Origin: Denitrobacterium detoxificans | GTDB taxonomy: Bacteria > Actinomycetota > Coriobacteriia > Coriobacteriales > Eggerthellaceae | Reading direction: 5' to 3' | NCBI RefSeq assembly: GCF_001643775.1 | Contig: NZ_CP011402.1 | Location: forward strand, 1,364,432 to 1,396,431 | Length of the DNA: 32,000 bases | Part shown: positions 1-6,888 of the stretch, piece after piece | Numbering within the stretch: position 1 is the stretch's first letter | How the letters are laid out: each line of letters starts with the position of its first letter | Notes under the pieces: generated by a model | What the model was told of the DNA's origin: nothing | Database searches by the model: none | The model's input: only the letters and a program-made list of their open reading frames with translations | Program-made: the position numbers and the translations under genes

Positions 1-196
1 CTCCGAGGACGCATGCAAGGTGGCGCGTGCGTGCTAAGGGGAAAGCCCTGCTAATGCAGCCTGTCCATTATACACATCCTGGGAATTGGCAGCTACGCGG
101 TATACGAAGCATCATGGTCTGCACATATGGGGCGCGCTGGCACGCTCCACCAAGAAGGCAGGTGTGCCACCGGATGCGCAAAAAGAGAGTGCACGA

Positions 197-964
197 TTAG
201 AATAACCCACTCGTGAGCAGGAAGTTCAGGGACTTGAGGTTGAGCCCCATATGCTCGCGGAACCACTGGTGCGCGAAATGGAGCACGGCAAACGACGCCT
301 GAAGGGGAACGTGCGATTCGCGTACGTGGGCAAACGGTTGGCCCAGCAGCGTTTGCACCCACAGCAACGTGGTAGCCTCGATGCGCTGCGTCTGCACGTG
401 CGAACGGCAATCAACGCACACCGCTCCCCCTTCGACGAACGAAAAATCACGCCATGCACCATGCTCGAGCGGCACCTGTGCCCCGCACGATACGCACGTG
501 GACACGCGCGGGCGAAAGCCCAGCATGGCAAAGAGCTTCACCAGAAACGCAGCACAAATGGCGGGCGCATCGTCTTCCTGGCAGGAGCGTAGTTCGTCGA
601 GTGCAGCGCAGGCCATGTCAAACAGGCGCGGTACGGGAAGGTCGGGCTGGCCGCACTTGGCAAGTGCGTCGAGAATGGGAGAAGACGCAGCGTTGAACAG
701 CACGTCTTCGCGAAGGCGCGCATGGGCGTTCACGCAGCGCGCCTCGGTGACGATGGGAAGGCCCCTCCCCTTTGCAATGAGCACGTCGGCCAGGCAAAAG
801 TACTCCAGACGCGAAGCGAACGTGTTGCCCGGCTTGCGCGCGCCACGGGCAACGGCTTGCCCGAGCGAGCCATCTTCGTGCAAAAAGGCGATGATGAGGT
901 CGGTTTCCCGAAGCTTGGTCTTTCGAACGACCAGTACGCGGCAAGATTTCGTGGGCGTGGCCAC
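197..964 (-). CDS. recO: DNA repair protein RecO
   Basis: 255-aa ORF with RecO-like N-terminus and C-terminal zinc motif (CVSCG...CVDC). GTG start overlaps the era stop. Conserved era-recO order. Confidence 0.9.
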   Translation of the reverse strand: MATPTKSCRVLVVRKTKLRETDLIIAFLHEDGSLGQAVARGARKPGNTFASRLEYFCLADVLIAKGRGLPIVTEARCVNAHARLREDVLFNAASSPILDALAKCGQPDLPVPRLFDMACAALDELRSCQEDDAPAICAAFLVKLFAMLGFRPRVSTCVSCGAQVPLEHGAWRDFSFVEGGAVCVDCRSHVQTQRIEATTLLWVQTLLGQPFAHVRESHVPLQASFAVLHFAHQWFREHMGLNLKSLNFLLTSGLF

Positions 965-1872
965 TACATGCCTTCTCCGTAGCCGAAGCGCCTGATCTGA
1001 TTCAGGTCGCGACGCCAGTTCTTGCGCACCTTCACGCGCAGATCCAGGAAGACACGCGAGCCAAGCATCTGCTCCAGATCGGTGCGGGCTTCGCTGCCAA
1101 TGGCCTTCAGCGCGCGACCGCCCTTGCCGATGATGATGCCCTTCTGGCTATCGCGTTCCACGTAGATAAGCGCATAGATGCGCTCGAGGTTCTTGCGCTT
1201 GTCGTATTCCATTTCCTCGACGACGACGCCAATAGCGTGGGGCACCTCGTCGTGAAACGAACGAAGGATCTTCTCGCGAATGAATTCGGCGATGAGCACT
1301 TCCGTAGGCTGGTCGGTTTCCATGTCGGAGGGGAACCATTGCGGACCCGGCGGAAGCAGGTTCGCCGCCGTTTCCATAAAGGCCTCCACGCCGTCTCCGG
1401 TAACCGACGAAACCTCGAGCACGGCGTCCCATTCGGCCAGAGCCTGCGCGGCTTCGCGCTGCTTGGCGATGGTTTCGGCGTCGACCAGGTCAGTCTTGGT
1501 AATGACCAGGATCTTCTTTGCCTTCACTGCCGAAATCTGGCGGACGACCCATTCGTCGCCACGGCCCGCGGGCTTCGATGCGTCGAGCAGGAAGGCCACG
1601 GCGTCGATGCCGTCGAGCGCTTGGATGGCCGACTCGTTGAGCTCTTCGCCCAGCACGTCGTGCGGCTTGTGCAGGCCCGGCGTGTCCACCAGCACCAACT
1701 GGTAGTCGTCGCGCGTGACGACCGCACGGAAGCGGTGACGCGTGGTTTGCGCGGTGTCGCTGGTAATGGCAACTTTCTTGCCCATGATGGCATTGATGAG
1801 CGTGGATTTACCCGCGTTGGGGCGCCCGATGAGCGTGACGAACCCCGAGCGGAAGTCTTCGGAGAATTCCAT
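964..1872 (-). CDS. era: GTPase Era
   Basis: G1 motif GRPNAGKST, DTPG motif, KH-like C-terminus. I place the start at ATG 1872 (MEFSEDF), 2 nt after the dgkA stop. The ORF-track extension to 1920 would overlap dgkA. Confidence 0.93.
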   Translation of the reverse strand: MEFSEDFRSGFVTLIGRPNAGKSTLINAIMGKKVAITSDTAQTTRHRFRAVVTRDDYQLVLVDTPGLHKPHDVLGEELNESAIQALDGIDAVAFLLDASKPAGRGDEWVVRQISAVKAKKILVITKTDLVDAETIAKQREAAQALAEWDAVLEVSSVTGDGVEAFMETAANLLPPGPQWFPSDMETDQPTEVLIAEFIREKILRSFHDEVPHAIGVVVEEMEYDKRKNLERIYALIYVERDSQKGIIIGKGGRALKAIGSEARTDLEQMLGSRVFLDLRVKVRKNWRRDLNQIRRFGYGEGM

Positions 1873-1874
1873 GA

Positions 1875-2255
1875 TTACCATCCTAGAAGAGGAAGCACAT
1901 GCGGGATGAACACGATGCACCCCACAATGGCGGAAGTAAAAGCAAAAATGTAAACGGCGCCGGCAGCCATGTCCTTTGCGGCCTTGGCAACCGGATGAAG
2001 CTCTGGGCTAGCAAGGTCGACGGCATCTTCAATAGCGGAATTAAAGCACTCGCCGCCAACAACCAAGCCGCAGCAAATGAGCACGGCACACCATTCCCAC
2101 GGCGCCAAGGAGAATACAAACCCCAACACAATGACGAGAACGGCACCAGCCGTTTGGACGCGGATATTGAACCCTGTACGGTACGCTTCAAAAACGCCTT
2201 GAATGGCGTACTTGAACGACTTTACGAACGGGGTCTTGCCCGCGCCGGGTTTCAC
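1875..2255 (-). CDS. dgkA: Diacylglycerol/undecaprenol kinase family membrane protein
   Basis: 126-aa three-TM protein with a DgkA-like sequence (ECFNSAIEDAVD). GTG start overlaps the ybeY stop (GTGA). Confidence 0.85.
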   Translation of the reverse strand: MKPGAGKTPFVKSFKYAIQGVFEAYRTGFNIRVQTAGAVLVIVLGFVFSLAPWEWCAVLICCGLVVGGECFNSAIEDAVDLASPELHPVAKAAKDMAAGAVYIFAFTSAIVGCIVFIPHVLPLLGW

Positions 2256-2713
2256 GATTGGCCTCGCCAGGCAGCCAGAAGCTCACGCTCGCGGGCCTCC
2301 ATGACCTCTGCCTCTTCGTCGACGATGTGGTCGTAGCCGCATAGATGCAGGCAGCCGTGCGTAATGAGCAGCTCGAGCTCTTCTTGGAAGGTGGTGCCGT
2401 ATTCCTGCGTCTGACGCTTGCAGACATCAACCGCGATTACGATATCGCCCAGCTCGTACGGAGCGTCTTCGGGCGCGTCGGCATCGAACTCGTCATCGAG
2501 GTTGTCGCATTCGAAGCTCAGGACGTCGGTGGGACCCTGCTTTCCGCGATAACCTTCGTTCAGGCGGGTCATTTCCTCGTCATCGACGAAGCTGATGGAC
2601 ATTTCGGTGTTGGCCGGCTTGCCCTCGTGCGAGACGACGAATTCGGCGAGCTGCGCAATGGGCAGACTTTCGACGTCTTCTTTGCCGTAATCGTAATTGA
2701 CGGTGATTTCCAT
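2252..2713 (-). CDS. ybeY: rRNA maturation endoribonuclease YbeY
   Basis: HGxLHLxGYDH metal-binding motif (HGCLHLCGYDH). Start taken at ATG 2713 (MEITVNYDYG), preceded by GGAAGGA. Confidence 0.9.
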   Translation of the reverse strand: MEITVNYDYGKEDVESLPIAQLAEFVVSHEGKPANTEMSISFVDDEEMTRLNEGYRGKQGPTDVLSFECDNLDDEFDADAPEDAPYELGDIVIAVDVCKRQTQEYGTTFQEELELLITHGCLHLCGYDHIVDEEAEVMEARERELLAAWRGQS

Positions 2714-3033
2714 TCCTATCCTTCCCGAGGAGGACGCAACCACAGTAGCTGGAGGCCCTTCCCCGCAGACACGGGCTATGTTGTGTTTTGAGGTAATTAT
2801 ACGCGCTCGATTGAAAACGGGGCAGCTGGGGCAATGCCTGTCACCCTACGGACACAAGCGCGTTCGGCGCGTATAGGCGCTAAAAATGGCATTTGGGCAA
2901 AAATAGCCCGCCCGATGTAAAAAATTCAACGCTGTACAGGTAAATCGGCTACGAGCGGCAACGTAAATGACTTCACGAAATAACTGACCTGGGGAAACAC
3001 AGGATCAGAACTATAGAAACGATCGAAATATTG

Positions 3034-4599
3034 GGCTCTTCGGTGGTTTCTGTGGGAGAGATTCCGGCATAGGCCCAGCTCAGCGGGCGAAAACAACGAT
3101 CTGGAACTGAAACGGCCCCGGGAGGGGCCGTTTCCGCGTCATCCGCCTATGATTGCTAAGCCAAATTCAGACAACCGAAGAGGTGTGACGCATGAAGAGT
3201 CTACTACTTCTCGCCCTCGGTCTGGCCCGCACGGTCGTCCTGGGCGCGCGCATCGAGGCCGAGCGCATCGTCGTGAGCGTCCGGCCCTACAAGCGCGAGC
3301 AGCGCCGCTGCCCCGTATGCGGCAGGGCCTGCGACTTCTACGACATGGCGAACCGCGGGGCCCCCAGGCTGTGGAGGGCGATGGACCTGGCGCGCTCGGC
3401 CTGCTACCTGGAGTACGCGCCCTGCAGGGTGCGCTGCCCGGAGCACGGCGTGCGCACCGAGGCCGTCCCCTGGGCGCGGCACGGGGCGCGCTTCACGCGT
3501 GACTTCGAGGACTGGGTGGCGTGGCTGGCGGTCCGCTGCACCGCCTCGGCGGTCTCCGAGCTCGCCCGCGTCGAGTGGCACAGCGTGGGCGGCGTGTGCA
3601 GGCGCGTCTACGCCGAGCTGGAGGCCGCGCGCGGCGCCTCGAGGTTCGACGGCGTGCGCCGCATCGGCATCGACGAGACGTCGTACAAGAAGGGCCACAA
3701 GTACGTCACGGTGGTCGTCGACCACGACCGCGGCTGCCTCATCTGGGCGCACGAGGGCACCGGCAAGGACGTGCTCAACCTGTTCCTCGACGAGCTCACG
3801 CGCGAGCAGAGGCGCGCCATAGAGGTGGTGACCGCCGACGGCGCGAGGTGGATAAGGCAGCTGGTCAAGCGCCGCTGCCCCAACGCGAGGTGGGTCATGG
3901 ACCCCTTCCACGTGGTCCAGTGGATGAACGACGCGCTCGACGCCGTGCGCTGCGAGGAGTGGAACGCCGCCAGGGCCGCCGCCAGGGCCGCCAGGCCCAG
4001 GCCCGAGGGCAAGCGCGGCAGGCCTGCCAAAGGCGAGCTGCCGCCCGAGGAGGTCAGGGCGCTCGAGGAGGAGGCGGCCTCCATCAAGGGCAGCCGCTAC
4101 GCGCTCGTGAAGAACCCCGAGGACCTCACCGACGGCCAGAGGGCGAGGCTCGAGGCGCTCAAGAAGAGGGCCGGCTCGCGGCTGGTCAGGGCCTGGGAGC
4201 TCAAGGAGGACCTGCGGGCCGTCTTCCGGGCAGCCGACGGCTCCGAGGCCGCCGAGCTGCTCGACGACTGGATGCACAGGGCCGCCTACTGCAAGATCGC
4301 CAAGGTCGTCGCCGTGGAGAAGAAGGTGCGCCGCCGGCGCGACGACATCATCGCCGCAGTCGAGCTCGGCATCAGCAACGGGCGCGTAGAGGCCATCAAC
4401 AACAAGATCAAGGTGACGGTGAGGATGGGCTACGGCTTCCGCAACACCGACAACCTCGTGGCCCTGCTCATGCTCAGGTGCGGCGACTGCCAGCCCCAGC
4501 TCCCGGGTCGCCCGGTGAAGGCGAGGAAGAAGGGCGTGAAGGGAGCGAAGAGCGTTGCTGCCTAGGCTAGCCCCTTGTCACACAAACTACCGAAGCCTC
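3034..4599 (+). mobile_element. ISL3-family insertion sequence (1566 bp) with imperfect terminal inverted repeats and an 8-bp target-site duplication
   Basis: Left end is GGCTCTTCGGTGGTTTCTGTGGGAG; reverse complement of the right end is GAGGCTTCGGTAGTTTGTGTGACAAG (18/27 match). It is flanked by direct AAATATTG at 3026-3033 and 4600-4607. Contains a single ISL3 transposase ORF. Confidence 0.87.
3192..4565 (+). CDS. ISL3 family transposase
   Basis: 457-aa ORF with an N-terminal zinc-finger region (CPVCG...CPEHG) and an ISL3-type DDE core (GIDETSYKKGHKYVTVVVD...). Much more GC-rich than its surroundings. Confidence 0.92.
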   Translation: MKSLLLLALGLARTVVLGARIEAERIVVSVRPYKREQRRCPVCGRACDFYDMANRGAPRLWRAMDLARSACYLEYAPCRVRCPEHGVRTEAVPWARHGARFTRDFEDWVAWLAVRCTASAVSELARVEWHSVGGVCRRVYAELEAARGASRFDGVRRIGIDETSYKKGHKYVTVVVDHDRGCLIWAHEGTGKDVLNLFLDELTREQRRAIEVVTADGARWIRQLVKRRCPNARWVMDPFHVVQWMNDALDAVRCEEWNAARAAARAARPRPEGKRGRPAKGELPPEEVRALEEEAASIKGSRYALVKNPEDLTDGQRARLEALKKRAGSRLVRAWELKEDLRAVFRAADGSEAAELLDDWMHRAAYCKIAKVVAVEKKVRRRRDDIIAAVELGISNGRVEAINNKIKVTVRMGYGFRNTDNLVALLMLRCGDCQPQLPGRPVKARKKGVKGAKSVAA

Positions 4600-4756
4600 A
4601 AATATTGCTTCGATAGCAGCCGCAACCTGTACAGCATTGATTATTTGCATATGATCGTCCGGTTTTCGCCCAATGACCCCAATATGACACAAATCACAGT
4701 TCCTCATCAGTGCACGGCAAGTCATGTCCACATTGCTGCGGGCCCTGTCGTGAGTC

Positions 4757-4843
4757 AAATTTGGCACCTACGTGCCGCCCCAAGGGCTTTTTAGGCTTAG
4801 CCGTTATTTTGACTCGTAGTGTTGTCCTGACTGGTAATCAAAC
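4757..4843 (-). ncRNA. tracrRNA-like RNA (type II-A style): anti-repeat, nexus and two 3' hairpins
   Basis: Minus strand reads GTTTGATTACCAGTCAGGACAACACTACGAGTCAAAATAACGGCTAAGCCTAAAAAGCCCTTGGGGCGGCACGTAGGTGCCAAATTT. The first ~40 nt are complementary to the 36-nt array repeat: 19 contiguous pairs with repeat positions 18-36, a lower stem with positions 1-7, and a 2-nt bulge. GAGTCAAAATAACGGCTAAGCC parallels S. pyogenes AAGTTAAAATAAGGCTAGTCC. GGCACGTAGGTGCC parallels GGCACCGAGTCGGTGC. The 5' and 3' ends are not determined. Confidence 0.65.
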
Positions 4844-4863
4844 GGAAGTGGAGGCGTGAGCGC

Positions 4864-5103
4864 ATGCTGACGTATTCGAAAATAGCAACCATGGGTCATA
4901 CTGCGCTTTTCGAGTATTATCCCGAGGGCGATACCTCAAAACCAGGTGTTGTATCCTTCGATTTCGATAGCGGGGAATGCGAAATCACTTGCTTAGCGGA
5001 TGGCGACCGTCATTCGCGATACGCCAACCATCTCGCTAATGCCTTAGAAAGCCAGCATGCTGGCGATGGGGTCGTTCCGTCGGGTACGATAATGTGGTAT
5101 TAA
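4864..5103 (+). CDS. Hypothetical small acidic protein (79 aa)
   Basis: ATG preceded by GGAGG at 9-nt spacing. Followed by a GC hairpin (5125-5140). No family recognised. Confidence 0.55.
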   Translation: MLTYSKIATMGHTALFEYYPEGDTSKPGVVSFDFDSGECEITCLADGDRHSRYANHLANALESQHAGDGVVPSGTIMWY

Positions 5104-5152
5104 AATTTTTCGAACAGGCTATGAGCCGCCTATGGGCGGCCGGAATGGCCAT

Positions 5153-5225
5153 TGGCACGCCACTGAAGAGTCGAACCCGATACGCGGCTTTGGAGGCCGA
5201 CGCTCTTCCATTGAGCTAGTGGCGT
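5153..5225 (-). tRNA. tRNA-Trp(CCA)-like element, probably a pseudogene or fragment
   Basis: Minus strand is ACGCCAC TA GCTC AATGGAA GAGC G TCGGC CTCCAAA GCCGC GTA TCGGG TTCGACT CTTCA GTGGCGT G CCA. It has a perfect 7-bp acceptor, a good D-arm, anticodon loop CUCCAAA and T-loop TTCGACT. The variable loop is only 3 nt, and the T-stem has one C-C mismatch and two G-U pairs. Confidence 0.4.
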
Positions 5226-5322
5226 ATGGTATAAAGATTGCGAAGGGTTCCCCCTCGGTCTTGGACGGAGGCTGGAACCCTTTCTCTGTTCTCGCTTTAT
5301 TCGACGTATCACCCCATCCTCG

Positions 5323-5358
5323 GTTTTGGAGCAGCGTCATTCTGACTGGTAATCAAAC
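5323..5358 (+). repeat. Array repeat 1 (consensus)
   Basis: Exact 36-mer. Confidence 0.95.
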
Positions 5359-5427
5359 GTTATGCGCGTATTTGATATACTACGCATGGAAGCCCCCACG
5401 ATTTACAACTGAGTCGCCGGGGCTTCT

Positions 5428-5670
5428 TCATTTTCTGATCACGTCAATCAAGTTTCCACTCTTATCAAGAATGGTCACCCAATCGAACTCCGCCGCATAC
5501 TCTTCGTTTTTGATCAGACCACGAATGGCTGCGCACAAGTCGGAATCGGTTATATGCAGAGACTCGTAGTTGTCGATCACGAGCCTCTTCATTCCTTTCT
5601 TGCCGATGGACTTATCAAAGTAATTCTTGACGGCACCATGAGCGTTTCGCGACGTAAGCAGCGTTTTCAT
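5428..5670 (-). CDS. Hypothetical protein (80 aa from MKTLL) inside inter-repeat segment 1
   Basis: Open frame ending ...IDVIRK. The TGA stop is embedded in the terminator stem GAAGCCCC(21 nt)GGGGCTTC (5389-5425). SD is weak. The frame stays open up to a TTG inside repeat 2 (5754), but no SD is there. Confidence 0.4.
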   Translation of the reverse strand: MKTLLTSRNAHGAVKNYFDKSIGKKGMKRLVIDNYESLHITDSDLCAAIRGLIKNEEYAAEFDWVTILDKSGNLIDVIRK

Positions 5671-5720
5671 CTCAATACCATTCAGCAATCGGCCGTCTTG
5701 TCCCAAATTACGCGACCATC

Positions 5721-5756
5721 GTTTTGGAGCAGCGTCATTCTGACTGGTAATCAAAC
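5721..5756 (+). repeat. Array repeat 2 (consensus)
   Basis: Exact 36-mer. Confidence 0.95.
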
Positions 5757-5882
5757 AGATTCGGGAAAGAAAAAGCCAGTTAGGTGAACCCTCAACTTAA
5801 GCGGGCCGCTAACTGGCTTGCCAAAAATATAACATTTTGAGCAATCGAATGAAAGCTTTGCATTCTTCTTATGGAGGGCAAG

Positions 5883-6108
5883 ATGAAGGTTCCTAACCGC
5901 GTCAACATCCTGGGCATCCCGTATGATGTCGTCTCTGACGATATGGAGACAATGAGGATGGCTTTATCTCTCCTCGTAGGCAAGTCATCATGTTGCGCAA
6001 GGGGCTGCCCCGCGAGAAGCGCGAGCAGACGTATCTGCACGAGCTGGTTCATGGCATCTTGGATCAGCTTGACTACTTGGAGCTGTACGAGGACGAGCAC
6101 CTGGTGCA
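5883..6108 (+). pseudogene. HExxH metallopeptidase fragment (ImmA/IrrE-like), frameshifted and cut off at the repeat
   Basis: GGAGG-5 nt-ATG, then MKVPNRVNILGIPYDVVSDD. After a frame change near 5939-5945 it continues YGDNEDGFISPRRQVIMLRKGLPREKREQTYLHELVHGILDQL... (HELVH at 6038-6052). The reading frame runs straight into repeat 3 at 6109, with unrelated sequence beyond. Confidence 0.55.
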
Positions 6109-6144
6109 GTTTTGGAGCAGCGTCATTCTGACTGGTAATCAAAC
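6109..6144 (+). repeat. Array repeat 3 (consensus)
   Basis: Exact 36-mer. Confidence 0.95.
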
Positions 6145-6281
6145 CGCGCCATCGCGCAGCCATACCCCTGGCGCGCGTGGTAGTCCACCTCGTGCCCGCA
6201 TCGGTCGAGCCGCCATAGGCTCTCGGACGTGGCACGCTATATGCGCCCATCGAACGTGGGCACCTCGATGAAAATGCGCAT
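6145..6281 (-). pseudogene. Possible RelE/HigB-like toxin gene fragment with an in-frame stop, cut off at the repeat
   Basis: GAAGG-5 nt-ATG (6281), then MRIFIEVPTFDGRI, TAG (6237-6239), and continuing open frame to the edge of repeat 3. The N-terminus resembles the MRFIETPVF... class of RelE-like toxins. The family call is tentative. Confidence 0.3.
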
Positions 6282-6398
6282 AATCACCTTCTAATCTAAT
6301 GTAAGTGGCGCTATAATGATTTAGGCGGTACTTGCCCGGTCATGGACGGGGTGTAGGCCGCTATCTTTTTACTCTAAGCATGCCCCTCTGCTTATCAG

Positions 6399-6434
6399 GT
6401 TTTGGAGCAGTGTCATTCTGACTGGTAATCAAAC
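6399..6434 (+). repeat. Array repeat 4 (C13T variant)
   Basis: 35/36 identical (GCAGTGTC instead of GCAGCGTC). Confidence 0.95.
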
Positions 6435-6561
6435 ATGAGAATGCGCATGTTGCTCCCTTAGGCATGAAAAAGCGCCTATGAAGTCGCTAAATTGCTTGAT
6501 ACATAAACTCTGTTTGATATAATTTATTCGAAGCCCGACGCGGCAACGCAGCGTCAGGGCT

Positions 6562-6888
6562 TCATTTGTTTTCCCATCTTGTAACGCTGCCGTCCTTTAA
6601 GGCAAAAAGGATTTCTTGAACATTCGAGTAATCAGACTCAGGATCACTCAACGATTCCTCAAAGTGTTTCAAGAATCGCTTGTCATTCATAGCGCTATCA
6701 AGATTGCTCAGAACAATCCTTAATCTGCTTTCCGCCTTTCGAAACTTTGTATCTGCTTTTGCTATATTGCCAGCAACCGCCAAATAGCCATTTCCATCAG
6801 GGCATTTTGCTTCCCAGAGTACACCGACAGCTCCTATAGCATAATCAAACTTCGGTTTTGGAGCAGTGTCATTCTGACTGCTAATCAA
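6562..6888 (-). CDS. Hypothetical protein (108 aa) whose first 11 codons lie in terminal repeat 5
   Basis: TTG start at 6886-6888 inside the repeat, preceded by a strong SD (GAGGAGGG, 6892-6899). Ends ...TRWENK, with its TGA embedded in the terminator GAAGCCCGACGC(6 nt)GCGTCAGGGCTTC (6530-6563). It may instead be a 5'-truncated fragment. Confidence 0.4.
   Translation of the reverse strand: MISSQNDTAPKPKFDYAIGAVGVLWEAKCPDGNGYLAVAGNIAKADTKFRKAESRLRIVLSNLDSAMNDKRFLKHFEESLSDPESDYSNVQEILFALKDGSVTRWENK

Noticed and set aside
2785-2802. GTTTTGAGGTAATTATAC, resembling the repeat with its central 17 nt deleted
   Set aside because: It is a short match in the ybeY upstream region, with no supporting context. 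Likely coincidence.
3204-4277. Long antisense or alternative-frame ORFs inside high-GC genes (also 10069-11763, 18302-19387, 19305-20237, 23587-24645, 25979-27106, 30065-31741 and 27370-28652)
   Set aside because: These are shadow ORFs with Arg/Ala/Gly/Pro-rich low-complexity translations. They lie opposite or overlapping confidently identified genes, and none has start signals.
4666-4703. Very degenerate repeat-like stretch (GTTTTCGCCCAATGACCCCAATATGACACAAATCACAG), considered as another repeat or anti-repeat
   Set aside because: Only about half the positions match, and gaps are needed. Predicted pairing with the repeat is poor. It cannot be told apart from chance without statistics.
4567-4767. 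66-aa minus-strand ORF and 79-aa plus-strand ORF (4555-4794) next to the IS
   Set aside because: Both cross the ISL3 boundary, lack SD sequences and overlap the tracrRNA-like region. They are treated as artefacts.
4763-4795. Plus-strand intrinsic terminator (GGCAC-ctac-GTGCC, GCCC-caa-GGGC, TTTTT), which could terminate read-out from the ISL3 transposase or a plus-strand sRNA
   Set aside because: The hairpins are palindromic and fold on either strand. The adjacent nexus-like and anti-repeat sequence only makes sense on the minus strand. A dual role cannot be excluded.
4806-4843. Degenerate sixth (leader-proximal) copy of the array repeat, which would make the 479-bp interval 4844-5322 a fifth giant spacer
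   Set aside because: Only the 3' half matches the repeat. The flanking sequence on the opposite strand has nexus and hairpin features of a tracrRNA. It is better explained as the anti-repeat of a divergent tracrRNA-like gene than as an array repeat.
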